Assembly (NCBI RefSeq): GCF_018977255.1
Contig: NW_024704743.1
Span: forward strand, 13,890,001 to 13,954,000
DNA length: 64,000 nt
Direction of reading: 5' to 3'
From: Callorhinchus milii
Taxonomy: Eukaryota
The translations under genes and the position numbers were made by a program. Position 1 is the first letter of the stretch. The number at the start of each line of letters is the position of its first letter. The notes below the pieces were generated by a model. The model was not told the origin of the DNA. It saw only the letters and a program-made list of their open reading frames with translations, and did no database searches. This document shows, piece after piece, positions 50,335 through 63,625 of this stretch.

Positions 50335-52049
50335 CTGGGAATTTATAAAGCTTATCAGAAAAACACCACACTTCAACATGGCATGCAACAGGTTTGAATA
50401 GTATGCCATTTCACAAATGGTAGATAGAACAAGTGTCAATCTAAAGACTAAGCCCACTATTGGTACACATTCTGGAAAGATGCAATATACTGAATGTTTT
50501 TCAACTTTCCAATACAGAATTAACAGGGAATTCATATTGTTTTCATCATTTAAGATGCACATAAAAAGTTCTAAGCAGTGGCACTGTTTGATTTCAGTGA
50601 GCTGACTTTTATGAACCTCTTGGTATCAAGAGGTTCATAAAACCTGTAAATCTTCCAACTTGTCTGAGAAAGTTATAACCCTGAATTTGTCTGCCTGTCT
50701 GTGAAAGTGAAGAGCATGACTCATAAAGGTTGGCCACCACTGCTGTAGATGGAACTTCCTATACTTAGTTTCCACTTGGTAAATAATCAGCATTTCAACT
50801 GGAGGTAAAATTTAACAGGGATCTTTTAGAAGTCTGTTGCACACACAATCTGTTTCGATTGTAAAGATATTGAGATTATTCCTCAGTAATCTAGCAGCAG
50901 CCAATGTGGGTGGACAAGCAAAATGTACAAAAAACTGGCTAGAAAATAAATCCATTGGTTCCAAACGCTTTGGCATTTATCACGAAGTGTGTTCTGGTAA
51001 CTCTGGAATGTTCTCAACTGAAGCCGAAATTTTATGCTTGTTTGATTGCTGGTTTTATAAGTAGACTCACCAGCTATGAATCAATGACGGAGAATACTTG
51101 CAGCAGCATTGGCTGAAGCCAGAGCTGTGCCAGTGGAAGTGATGTCACCATGTGCCTAAACATAGAGAGAATTTGCATCCCGTGAACTAGAGATGTTCAC
51201 AGAGTTAATTTAGTTCTTATCCTGTGAAGGTCAAGAATCTTTTAAATGAAGTCTCAAGTACTCATTGGTTTCATGAACACATACAACTCACCTGCAGACA
51301 GAGGTAAGCTGTAATAACTAAAGTATGTAAAAACATCTCAAGTGTATAAAAACAATGAACAGTGTTTGGCCAGAAAAAAGTACAGAAATATTTGAATTCC
51401 AAAGCAGGCAAATAAAAGATGTTTACAGTATAAAAATAACAGTGAATTACACATTGCAATTTAATTCTCACTCATGCAATGCAACACTTTTAAATGTACA
51501 TGCAGCTTCACACAGTTTATAGAAATACACACCACGCACTCTTCAATTCTCTGCTCCCCTTCTACTCCCCCACCCTCCCCATTTCAGCTTTTCCTTCATC
51601 ACAACATGCATAAATCTCTTACCAGGAGGAGGAATAGGTAACTTACTCCTGGTCTCCTTCCAATGCTGCTCAGTAACTGATCAGGAGGAGGAGGTCAGTT
51701 GATGTGTATTGAGGTGCTCTCTAAATATTCATATGACTAAGTGCATGGATTCCAATCTAAAATTTCCTTCAAATTCGCGATCGAGATCACCCAGTGGGAA
51801 ACTGTGTTCTTTCCGTGCTTTGTTACTGTAAACTGATCCGCTTGTCCAGTAGATTGTCATCTCATTAGCCCACAGATTTACAACTATGCAGCTAAATCCA
51901 GCTTGAAAGCCTCCTCCAGCCGCACAGAAAACAGAGCATGCTCCTTATTTAGAAATTTTTTTTGGAATAAAATTGCCTCAGTCTAAATCTTTCACACTTC
52001 GCAACAAGATGTGGTCAATTAATCTGTACATCAGGCTGGTTCGGTGACT

Positions 52050-53070
52050 TCATTCCTCAGTGCTCTGTCCTTGGTCCCCTTCTCTTCAATATCTATATGC
52101 TCCCTCTTGGTAACATCATCCGCAGACATAGGGTCAACTTCAACACGTATGTGGATGACACCCAACTCTACCTCTCTGCCTCCACCTTTGACTCCAGGAC
52201 CACTGTCAGACATCAAGCCCTGGATGAGAGCTAACTTTCTTCAGTTGAACATCAACAAGATCAAGGCTCTCCTGATTGGCTCCCATCAGCACCTCCACAC
52301 CTCAAGCGCTAACCATCCATGGTTGCACACTCCACCTTGCTAAGCCAATCTGGAACCTTGGGGTCTTGTTTGACCCTCAACTATCCTTTCTACCCCACAT
52401 CTGCTCCATGACCCGCTCTGCCTTCCCCCACCTTCGCCCGGCTCCGCCACTGTCTCACACCGCAGGCTGCCGAAACCCTCATACACGCATTCATTACATC
52501 GAGGCTCGACTATACAAACTTATTGCTTGTCGGCCTCCCCAACTCCTCCCTCCACAGGCTGCAGATCATCCAGAACTCTGCAGCCCGTGTCCTCTCCCGC
52601 ACCAGGCTCAGCGACCCTATCAACCTCATCCTCGCCCAACTCCACTGGCTTCCCGTCACACAGAGAATACAGTTCAAGATCTTGGTCCTCACTTTCAAAG
52701 CCCTCCATGGTCTTACTCCCCCCTACCTTTCCAACCTCCTAACCCTCTACCATCCTGTTCGCTCCCTCTGCTTAACAAGTTCCGGCCTGCTTCACATCCC
52801 CCGCCTCGCTTGCCCCACTATTGGCGGGCCTTCCCCCATTCTGCCCCCACCCTCTGGAACTCCATCCCACAGTCCCTTCTCCTCATCCCTCCCTTGCCAC
52901 CTTCAAAACCCATCTCAAGACCTTCCTCTTCGACCGTGCTTTCAATCTCCCTGTTTCCCCCCCTGCCCTCCACCCTTCCCGACCCCGACCTCCAGCTCGG
53001 GTCCGTAACTCTGTCTGTCCTGACGTGAAAGGGGCTTTACAAATGTAATTTTGTTGTTGTTGTTGTTCAT
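52050..53070 (+). mobile_element. L2-clade LINE 3' ~1 kb, same subfamily as the 41470-42630 copy
   Basis: [60 protein letters not shown]; (TTG)n tail. Confidence 0.93.
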
Positions 53071-54212
53071 TCAACAAATCACTGGAAGGTGTGCTACAGA
53101 AACCTGGGTTCTTCTTTTGCATGAAGAATCTCCATACTTGTATTTTTAAACATACAGAAACCACAGGAATGGATTCTGCTGCACAAGAATGCTAACCTGA
53201 TGTACAGCCTCTTCCAGCTCACTGACACCATTACTATTTGTAAAATAAGGCATTACGAATGGTTGACAAACTTTCCAATGCTGATAGTAGTTAACCGTGC
53301 TCCCAAAAGAATTCACAGATTGCAAATACTTTTGCACATTTCTAGCTAGAAGCAACTCCGGCTAAGTCAGTTATTTATTGAGTGGCATGAAGAGTAGCAT
53401 TAAATACACTATTCTTAGTCTGAATCTATCTGGGCACATAAACAATTTACATATATATAGGGAGGGCCTTTGACATTGGGAGAATGGTAAAGTGCTTCAC
53501 ACAACTGATTGAGTCTGAGCTGGGGGAGTAGCTGAGGATGGGAGGAGAAAAACTGTCTGAAAGCATGGTGAAAAAGTCAGGTCAAGGTTTCAGGATGGAG
53601 GGCGGGGGGGAAGGCAAGATGATGTCAGCAAAGTAAGCATAGAGGACCAAGAAGAGAGGACCAAGGGCACTATACTGAAGAATACCACTTGTGACTGTAC
53701 GGGTATAGATGGAGGAGCCATTGGAGGAGACTGAGTGAACATGTTGGAACAGGTAAAAGTGAAGCAAAGCCTAAAAAAGTGTAATGCTACTGAGTGGGGT
53801 GAATTGGGGTCAGGAGGGAATAATAAGAATACAACAACAACAAGATTAATTTGTATAGCGCCTTTCATGTCGGGAGGACGTCCCAATAGCGATAGAAGGA
53901 AAACTACTAGACCCCAGAGAAAATAATAGATGAAGGACAACACAAATTACGTGCTTAAGATCAGCACATGCGTACAATGGGGTAACATGAATAATGAAAA
54001 GGGAGCTCAGCATGGTAGAATGATAGTAATGAAATGAGAATTGGTGATTAGAAGAGGGGAAAAAATCTAAGGGAAGTAGGTCCCTAGAGAGTAGACAAGA
54101 ACATGCCTCATTTGCTTCAAGTCAGCAGCCAACCCGAAAACCTGAGTCTGGAGGGAATTCAGAACTGATTTTGATGTGCTCAGACATGATTGCTTCTTGT
54201 TTGCATACTTAC

Positions 54213-54334
54213 TGATTGTATCTTTGACAGAAGTCTCTAGCTCCTGTTCCTTCTGAGCGAGCTGTGTGTTAAATTCTCGCATTAACTGTTTGAGAGTAGA
54301 GTTGTGTTTCATCTCCATATCCTCCAGATCCAGC
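54213..54334 (-). CDS. GOLGA4: GOLGA4 internal exon (122 nt): (K)LDLEDMEMKHNSTLKQLMREFNTQLAQKEQELETSVKDTI(S)
   Basis: ttgcag|G acceptor and A|gtaagt donor. Phase 2 in, phase 1 out, matching both neighbours. KHNSTLKQLMREFNTQLAQKEQELE is identical to recalled human GOLGA4. Confidence 0.96.
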
Positions 54335-54439
54335 CTGCAAGACAAATAACAGCATCAGCAAAGGGAGACAGACAGGCCATTATTATTCTCCAGGAATAAT
54401 CTACCCACTTAGCAATAATGTGCTCATGTCAGGATGACT

Positions 54440-54980
54440 CAAAATGACTCTGATTGACGTCTTGCTCACTGGCCTCCCTAACAGCACAACCTTCAGACTG
54501 TGCAGAGCTCCACAATTCACTCTATCCCTAACTAGGCTGCATTGTGTCTCCGCAATCTCTTGCAACTCTACGCCCCCAGCCAAACCCACCACTTTGTCAA
54601 CTATCGTGAACTTCAGCATCCCCTTCCTCACGCAGCTCCATGGTCCCTTCACCCAATTGATCAACTTTATCCTTAGGTTTAAATGCCTCCACAAGCTTGC
54701 ATCACCTGCAGGCTCTGCAACCTCCTGCAGTTCTACTCCCCAGCCAATCCCACCACTTTGCCAACTCCAGAGAACTTCATGTGCCCTGCCCGACCACAGG
54801 CAGATAAAGCCACTTTGTTCTCTCCCCACGCCCAACTCTCACTGCTTTCAAATCTTGCCTGAACACCTGCCTCTTTGAGCTTTGATTACTCTTCTCGGCC
54901 CCCACCCCAACCACCATCAAACTTGGGCCCCCATTCAATCTGAGATATTAACCTTTGTGAAGGACATAAGGTTTATTGTT
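54440..54980 (+). mobile_element. Highly degraded L2 3' fragment
   Basis: LLTGLPNSTTFRL..LHGPFTQLINFILRFKCLHKL resembles the other L2 copies. Confidence 0.6.
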
Positions 54981-55485
54981 AAGCATTTTTACATATTCTC
55001 CCATAGTGCTGTATAAGAGTAAATCAGTGTTCTACTACATGTGGACCAAACTTCATTGTCAAATAAAATCAAACTATCTGAGGACTTTGAAATTTACCTC
55101 ATCTGGGGCCTCCAGGAAGCTCAAAGCTGCAAGCAGCAAACTCATTGTTGTGTTATGAATTTCAGTAATATATATATAACATATGATGATTATATATGTT
55201 TGATATGTTTTGGGCAAAAATGAGATAGTAAATGGTGGTATTTTACCTACCTAAATATTGGACCCCCCCCACCACCTCCCAAGAAATGCAATTTAATCCT
55301 AACCTGCGCATTTCACTATTCCTTTTTTTAAACCGATACAGAATTTCCACAAGATGATTCCTGTAGAATTGTTTTTTTTTAGCAATTAGCAGAAAAAAAC
55401 TCAAGAGGTACTAGAACAAAACTATACAAGATTCACTCAAAATTCCCACCTCCCCCCAAAATCTCGTTATACTGTGAACACTTAC

Positions 55486-58400
55486 TTCGCTTTTTTTTCA
55501 CATTCTTCACTAATTTCCCTTTTAACTAATTCCACTTCCGCATCCTGCTCTTTCCGCAAGGCACGCATGTCCTTTTGCAGTTTGGAATACTCTTTGCGTG
55601 CCTTCTGTTTGTCATTTTCTGACTCTTCTAACTTGCGTCGCAATTCTGTTTGCTGCTCTTGCAAGTCTGCTAACAGCTTTTGTAATTCTGTGGAAGATTT
55701 TGATTTCTCTTCAGAGTTCTCCTCAAAGATGTTAAGCAAAGAGATTTTCTCCTCTAACTGGGATTGGAGATCTTTCATCTGTTTTTCTGAGCTTTCTCTC
55801 AGAGAATTAATTTCTGATTTAAGTTGCTTCTCAATGTCTTCCTTTAAGATAGAACTACTTTCTAGCTCCAATATTTTTGTTTGTAGTGACTTTTCAGTCA
55901 TCTCTTTTTCCTCCATTTGTTTCTGTAGTTCTGCATTGGTCTTTTCCATCTCATTGATTTGTTGGGCTTTAACCTTTAACTGCTCCATAACATTATCTGA
56001 GGTACCAGATCTCTTATTTTGCTGTTCTGACAGGATGAAATATTTCTGCCTCTGTTCCTCAAGCTCTGATCGAAGCTTGTCTAGGTCCATTTTCTGGTTT
56101 TGTTTTTCCTCTTCAAGTTTTTCCAGACGTGTTAGAAGATCTGAATGTGCCTTTTTAGTTTCTTGTTCAGAAGCACTAATTTCTTCTTTGTATTTCTGCA
56201 CGATATCATTTCTTGTGGATACCTCCATCTGTAGACCCGTAACTTGTTCCTCATAGCTTTCTCTCAAAGTTTTCAGCGAGCTCTCTTTCTCAAGCTCCAT
56301 TTCTTCCTTTAGTTTCTCAACCCACCTTTGCTTTTCCTCCTTCTCTGATCCCATTGTAGTTTCCAATACATTCAGCTTTTTTTCTAAGGTCAGCATGGTC
56401 GCTTCTCTTTCCTCTGCATTTTGTTTCAAGTCCTGAAGCTGTTCATCTTGTCTTATTATGCAGTGTTCTTTTTCTTCTAATTGGGTTGTGAGTTGTTTCT
56501 TTATGACTGCAATCTTTTGTTCTGCTTTTTTCTTCAGTTCAGCTATCTTTATGGTATACTCAGTTTTCATCCTGCTTTCTAAATCCTTCAGGTCCTCTTC
56601 CTTTTTATTCTCAAGTTCTGTTCTCTTTTGCTCCCACTCACTCTCTTTCTGGGAGATTTCAGCCTGTAGTGATTGGAATTGTTCTTCGGTACGTTTATAC
56701 AAGTTTTCCTGGTCACAAGCTCCAACATGAGTTTGCTGAAGCTGCCTACCCATCTCCTCCAATGTAACTTCCTTCTGATGCAGCTGTTTTCTTAATTCTT
56801 CTAAAACTTTACCCTCTTTGGACTTCATGACAATTTCTTGATCTAGTTCTACTACTCTAGAATGAGCTATTTGTAGCTCAGTAGTTAGATCATTTACCAT
56901 TTTCTTTTTCTCGCTCTGCACAAATTCCACTTCAATTTTAGTACTTTGTAGATTGGTGTTCAATTTTTCCACCTCTGCTGTCAAACTAGATAATTGATCA
57001 ACCTTTTCTTTATTCTGTTTGACAGAAAGTTCAAGTTTTTCCTGTAAATCCTTCATTTTATTGCTATTCAGTGTGAATTTTGACTCAGCCTTTTTCTTCC
57101 ATTCTGTTAATTTGGTTTTGAACAGGTTTGCCTGCTCGAGGGCTGAGATCTTCTCCTGGGTGAGCGCTTCAATACGGGTGAACATTTGGTCTAATTGGTC
57201 CAGAAGCTTCTGCTGTTCCAGTTTGTTTTGTTGGTTGAGCAATGATATGGCTTCTTCCTTCTCTGCAAGGCCAATGCTATTTGCAAGCTGCAACTTCAAA
57301 TCATTCACTTGCCCCTCCAAGCTCACAACCAGGGATTCTTTTTCTTTTAGCGTTTCTGTGATAGAATTCTGCACATCTGCACTCTCTGCCAGTTCTTCTG
57401 TAAATTTTGCAATACATGTCTCCTTCTCACCCAGTACCTCAGTATGAAGTTTGCTTTCTTGCAGGAGTGCGTCCTGCTCTGTAGCAACACTTTGCAGCTC
57501 AGCTTTCAAGGTCTTGATTTCTTCTTCTCGATCTTGCAGCTGTTGTGTCATACACTGTACTGAATCATTCAACAAGGTATTTTGTTCTACTGTCTGTTTG
57601 AGTTGAGCATCCAGATCCCCAATTATATTGACCCTTTCAAGTAGTACAGTTTTTAACTTCTCTGTCTGATTTTGGGAATCTTTCAGCCGGTCATTAAGTG
57701 CGGTGACCTTACCGTCATATTTTACACAGAATTCATTACTTTGCAGTTGCATTCTTGCATCAGTCTCCTGAACACAATTCATCAATTTCTCCAGCAGGTT
57801 CGTAGATTCAGCTTCTTTCTGTTGAAGTTCCACACGTTTTTCTTGAAGTTGTTTTTCATAATTCTCCTTTTCTATGCAAAGCAAGGCTTCCGATGACTGT
57901 AGTTTATTTTCCGTTTCCTGCAACATATTGGCTACTTCACAAATGCGGCTATTGTTCTGTTCTTCTGCTTTCTTCAACTCACTAGTCAAAGTATCAACCT
58001 GAGCAGATGTTTTCTTTAGCTCCACCTGGAATTGCTGGGTCTTGCTTGCACTTGCAGCAAATTTCTCTGAGATTTCTGTTATTTTCCAGCCATTTCTTCC
58101 TTTTCATTGTTGGAGACTGCTAACTTCTGTCTTATCTCTTTAATTTCCTGTTCTTTTTCCTGAAGCTCAATCTCGTGCTTTTCTTGTAGTTCTTCAATCT
58201 GCTGATCCACTTTCTTCTCCCAGCTCTGGGTAACTTCTGCAATATTATGCCTGTGAGCCACAGTAAGACTTTCCAGTTGTTCCTTTTGACTAGATTCCAG
58301 CTGGGACACTGTGTCACTAATCCCTGCAGAGCTTGCTCGTGCCATTTCCAGAATCTTTTCATTGAACAATTTCTCCTTTTGTTCCAATTCTTGCTGTTTC

Positions 58401-59683
58401 TTTTCCAGCTCTTCTTTCAGTTTGGCATTCTGTTCGGACAGCTTCGCCTTGAATTTTTCGTGCATTTCTTTATCCCTTTGTTTAAACTTATCGAGTTTCC
58501 CTTCGAGTGATTTTACTTTCTTTCCATACTCCGCGTGCAGAGCAGTAATTTGCTGCTCAACTGACGTTTTTTCTTCAGTCAGTTTTTGAAGGAGATTTTC
58601 TTCCTGCTGCTTTTGGAAAGTTTTGGCTTCATCAAGGGCGTGTTCCTTTTCTGTCAAACTTGCCTGCAACTGCACAATCTCTGATCGTAATCCAGTTATT
58701 TGTGTTTCATGTTGCTCTGTCTGGGTATTTATTTTCTGTACCAACTCATTGTTTTTTTCTTCCAGCTGTTGTGTCAATTCCTGCACCTGAGATTTGCAAG
58801 CATCTAAATCAGCAGTAAGTTTGTGAAGTTGAGTCTGAGATGAGAACTCCTTCTCTTCCATATTTTTGCTAAGATTCTGTTTCTCAGTCTCCAGGTTTCT
58901 CAGTAAGCTTTGCAACTCTGCTATCTGGGCTTCATACTTCTTTTCTTGGTTATCTAGTACACAGCTCATCTTTTCTAAAGATTCTTTCTGCTCATTCTGT
59001 TGGTCCTGGTTTAGAATTTCAAGTTTGGCTGATAATTCCGCAGCTTCATTTCGAATGGTTTCAACCTCTCGTTTCAGTCTCTGTTCCTCTACTTGGACTT
59101 CTCCTGCATCTTTTTCCTTCTGTTCCAGAAGAAAGCGGAGTTTATTTATCTCCTCTGTCAGCGCTTTCTCGACATCACCTAAAGAATGTTTGTGGTCTTT
59201 TCTAGCGACATTCATTTCCTCTTCAAAACACATTTGTTTCTGTTCCAGTTTGGTCTCAAAGTCTTCCCTCGTTGTAGCTAACTGTTGTTCCAATTCATGT
59301 CGTGTTTTCGTGGTTTCAATCAGTTCAGTAGAAAGTGCCTCCAACTCAGATTGCTTTACATCAAGTTTCTCTAATGTCTTTTGGTTCATTTCCTCAATGT
59401 GTGCTTGGAATTCTGTTTCTTTCTCCTTTAATTGTGCTTCTAATACTTGATGTTTTGCCTTGAGTTCCTCTATTTCAACCGTATACTGATGGTCAATTGC
59501 CTGCACTTTTTCACTCCAAAGTTGCTTGTGTTCCTGTCGTAGCTTTTCTATTTCACCTTGGTGTTTTTCACTTAAGGTTGCAATTTTCAATTCGTGCTTG
59601 GTTTTCTCTGCCCCTAGCTCTTCTGATTGTGTTTCACCTTCTTGTGACTTCTTCAGCAGGGAACTTTCTAATTCCAATACTCT
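55486..59683 (-). CDS. GOLGA4: GOLGA4 (golgin-245/p230) giant coiled-coil exon, containing a 1-nt frameshift at ~58082-58085
   Basis: ORFs 58079..59728 and 55482..58025 are E/K/Q/L-rich coiled coil. Motifs match recalled human GOLGA4: RVLELESSL, FQAHIEEMNQKTLEKLDVKQ, EKISALEQ, EWKKKAESKF, ELKKKAEQKIA. Acceptor ttgtttacag|AGA at 59683 (phase 0); donor GCGAA|gtaagt at 55486 (phase 2). The length of 4198 nt is one base short of 3n+2. Confidence 0.95.
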
Positions 59684-60794
59684 CTGTAAACAAGTAATAA
59701 AAGCTACATTTAAAAATATTTGCAACACAAATGCGTTTCAGATAGCAATCTGCAAGCCCTAAGATGACAGCATCTGACGTTGATCCTGAACATTATCTAA
59801 TTTTTGACAATTACCAATGGGAACTTCAAATGCTAAAATTTAGAATGTCTCGGCACAAGAATGTTTTTGAACAATATTTATACAGCTGTAAATATCATTA
59901 TGATCTTTGAAGTACAGTATTTAAGAAAAAACGTACAAATCCTTCTCGTAATGGGAGGTATCAACACATGCTGCATATTATAAAAGGGGCAATACACATT
60001 GAATTTCGGAAGGCAAAATACTTGACTCTGCACATCTAGAATGACTATTCTATATTAGTGGCTTCATTCTTGAATGCATGTTAAAGGTAAACATTTGGCC
60101 TTGATCTCTTTGATCTTGGGCATCTGATAACCACAAAAGGCAACAGTTTTCTCAGGCATCCCAGAAATAGAATCAATTCTACAACAGAGCAATTTTGTAT
60201 GATTCTGACACAGCTCAGTGATAATCACTGCAGTCTGGAATTATCAGGGGAAAATTGCCTGCTGTCTCCAGACACCTCTCAATTTATGGGGAACCGCACA
60301 AATTCTACTGGTAAACACAGAGCCTGCTGGACTGAGGCATTCCGATGGAAAACAGATATCAGCACCAACTAGACGAGTAGCATTGAGGAGCAAAGCATCA
60401 AGTGAAGAACTAACACAAATATAATGCAAAGTGGTAATGCTGATGATTCTGCAGACTGGTATATCTGAGTAGATAACATTACAGTTTACAGCTTTCACTA
60501 AAGGATAGTAAGTAAAGATACATTGAAAATTGAAGAATTCAGTTTGATGATATTGAAAAACAGGCTTCCTGCAGCATACCGACATAATGATCTGCTAATA
60601 GGAAGAGTAATATCAAGAGAACAGATAAAGGCAGCAAAGGTTGGGAGATGATGTACTGTACAGTTACTGTGAGGCACCAAACTTCAAATATCCACTCAGT
60701 TTGCTTCATTTGAGTTTCTTGAAAGCTGAAGTAAGGAAGAACTGATTTTTGATTAAGATTAAAGATATTCCAGTGTAATCTTTTCTTAACCACA

Positions 60795-61120
60795 GCCTTG
60801 TGCGTCAGTCTGGCTCAGTGGTAGCACTCCCGCCTCTGAGTCTGAAAGTTGCAGGTTCAAGCACCCCAGTTGGAACTTGGAATCACATTGTCTTAGCTGA
60901 CACGTCAGTGCAGTGCTAGGGGTGCGCTGCAGTGTTGGAGGTGCTGTTCTTCGGATGAAATGTTAAACCAAGGTCTCGTCTGCTTCTTCGGGTGGATAAT
61001 TAAAGACATTATTTGAAAAGAGAAGGGAGTTTCTGCCGGTGTCCTAGCTAACAATCCCTCAAATAAAATTGGTCATGGCTGTGCGTGGAACATTGCTGTG
61101 TGCAAATCACACAGCAATGT
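60795..61120 (+). mobile_element. Deu-SINE family B (SacSINE1/AmnSINE1-like), interrupted by an L2 fragment; tail resumes at ~61536-61595
   Basis: tRNA-like head ggctcagtggtagcactc..gcaggttcaagc; body ggaggtgctgttcttcggatgaaatgttaaaccaagg..gaagggagtttctgccggtgtcct..ttgctgtgtgcaaat, matching the recalled Deu-domain consensus. Other degraded copies at ~4000-4130(-), 9420-9760(-), 14030-14370(+) and 63040-63330(-). Confidence 0.75.
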
Positions 61121-61535
61121 CAGCCTGTCCCAGAGAGGATTGACTTCAAGATCCTCACCCTTGTCTTCAAATCCCTCCACTCTGCACCCCCTACCTCTCT
61201 GACCTCCTCTCTCCTCAAAACAGTGCGCGTTGCCTTCTTTCCTCCGGGTCTGGCCTCCTCCTTGTCCCCCGAGTCCTCCGCTCTACCCTCGGCGGCTGTG
61301 CCTTCAGCCACTACTCCCCGAGGCTCTGGAACTCCCTTCTTCACTCCCTTCGTCTCGCCCCCCCCCACCCTCTTCCTATTTTCAGGTCTCGGCTGAAGAA
61401 CTTTCTTTTCGACCACGCCTTTGGTCACTTTCCTCCCCCTCCCCCTGGCTCAGCCCCGGGATCCGTTACTGTGAAGCGCTCTGAGACGCCGTCCGACGTG
61501 GAGGGCGCTATATAAATCCAAGTTGTTGTTGTTGT
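61120..61535 (+). mobile_element. L2 3' fragment nested in the family-B SINE
   Basis: PVPERIDFKILTLVFKSLH; (TTG)n tail at 61522-61537; closely similar to the 325-480 tail. Confidence 0.9.
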
Positions 61536-63469
61536 TGGGATGTCCTCCTGATATGAAAGGCACTATATCAAATGCAAGGATTATTATTATATTATTAAAG
61601 TGAAACTAATGCTTTAAAATTGTTAAAATACAGTAAGAAGAGCATATTCAAAGAGAGAGAGAGGGAGAGAGAATTAGTTACAGGATTGGTTTAAGAATTG
61701 AATGCTTTCGATGTTGCAGAATTCAGATAATTACCCAAATAACGTGAACAAAACCATTAAATAAAAATATAGGACACTCAAAGTTAGGCAATACGTTACC
61801 ATAGGAAATACAAGCAGGAACCATTAAAAAAACAAATACTATACGTATATGCTTCAAGTTACTAATAAAGATTCAAGGTTTCAATTGACCAAAGTTTAAA
61901 TTAATAAACTTCAAATGAATTCAAATTCACATTTATTTTGGCCCTTGTCCATGTTAGAGCTCATAAACAGCATAAAACAATTAAGTACGCAGACACTAAT
62001 TACATTAGGTTTCATTAAGTTGTGGCAAATGTATTGCTGAAAGTCATGTTTGATTATTGATACATGGAAAAGGAAAATTAGACATGCACTTCTTGCTGCT
62101 TATTCCCAACTGACAGTGACTGATATATTTACTCAAATCTTTCAATTAAATTGCCAGCTTATCGGTAGATTCATGACTTTATACATTGAAATTTCCTGAA
62201 ACCTTCATTCATATCTATATTTTTTCAAAAGAAAACAGGTCATAGCAGCAGCAGATTACATACCAACGGATACAAGCCTTTCTCTATGGGACTGTGTTTC
62301 ATGAACCTTTAACATTTTCCCTTTCTGACTAAACTTCTTCCAGGAATTTAGAGGCCCCAGTGAAAGGTAATCAGTGCCGAAACCTATCTATCAAGAGAAA
62401 AAGATTTTTGGAGTTAAAAAATAAATTTGAATTGAGGAGGAGAAAGATGTGTTCCAAGAATTGGTTTAGAAGCACAAATGGCACTGGGCTTGCACCACCA
62501 TCCTTCAACTGCTCCAACTCTCTGTAGCAGTCTCGGTTGTCCAGTTCCTGAGACAAACAAGTCCACAATATTCTAAGGCATTGCTGATGACAGTCCAGCC
62601 AGCCTGGCTAGTCAGTAGGATTTAGAAGGGTAGATCTGTCACTGGGGATAGAATTCTTCCCACTGATCTCCTGTTAACCCTGCAAGCCAAAGTCCCAACA
62701 GGTAGGGTGGGCCCTGCTAGATCCTAGATGGTCTCTTGCTGGGCAGCACTTTCAATGGCAAGCTGAGTAGTTTTAGCTGGTTAAACTCCAGGTGTAAATA
62801 AATAATAATCCTTGCATCCTATATTTTATGTTGAGAGAATGCTTCAAAGTGCTTTACAGGATTTACTCCTCTCCTTGCTTGGTGTCCAACCCTACCATTG
62901 TATGGCGCTCTGAGATGCTATTCTCCATGAAGGGCACTATGTACATGAAACTTGTTGTTGCAGTGACTATGCATTCTGTAAATGTGAATTTGAGAACATT
63001 CCAAGTTTATTAATTTAAGCTTTGGTCAAATGAAACTTTGTATCTTTATTAGTAGCTTGAATTGGCGGCAGCCAATTTGCGTACAGCAGCATTCTATGAA
63101 CAGCCATGAAGTGAATGACCAATTTTATTTGGGGGACTGTTGGCGAGGGCACAGGGAGAATCTCCCTTCTCTTTTCAAATAATGCCATGGGATCTTTAAC
63201 ATCCACCTGCAAAGCCAGATGGGACCTTGGCTTAACATCTCATCCTAAATGCAGATCTCCAACAATGCAACGCAACAATGCATTGATGTGTCAGCCTAAA
63301 CTGCATTCAAATTGCTGACATGGGGCACCACCCCAGTCATTTTTTCTGCATATAAGGAACTGTCTGGTTTAGATATTCTCAAGTCTGAAGTTATTCTTTA
63401 AGCAAGGGTTTCCCCTTGTGATTCCCCTGCTGACCAAAATTAAACAGACAGGGAGTACAGGATTTATAA

Positions 63470-63625
63470 TAATACTAATCCTTGCATTTGACACAACGCC
63501 TTATCACATCATTGAAACGTCCCAAAGAATATTCTGTAGAGTGATTAGACTGTATATTTTGTGGGCAAAACACGGCAACCAATTGAGCACAGCAGTTTCC
63601 CACAAACACTTATGGATTGAGTGAC
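63470..63625 (-). mobile_element. SINE family A, 3' half. Similar fragments at ~13620-13740, 15290-15410, 19215-19380, 24040-24180, 31885-31995, 33430-33520, 45330-45425
   Basis: cttgcatttgacacaacgccttatcac...aattgagcacagcagtttcccacaaac. Confidence 0.75.

Noticed and set aside
58026..58081. Micro-intron or two separate genes explaining the ORF break
   Set aside because: No suitable GT donor, and the intervening bases translate as in-register GOLGA4 sequence once one A is added.
55474..59762. Plus-strand Ser/Phe/Cys-rich ORFs of up to 260 aa
   Set aside because: Antisense shadows of the E/K/Q-rich GOLGA4 exon.
62371..62568. ORF ..QELDNRDCYRELEQLKDGG.. after a ctcag acceptor, as a possible upstream GOLGA4 exon
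   Set aside because: Overlaps repeat family C and does not match the expected upstream GOLGA4 sequence; the preceding exon seems to lie beyond the window.
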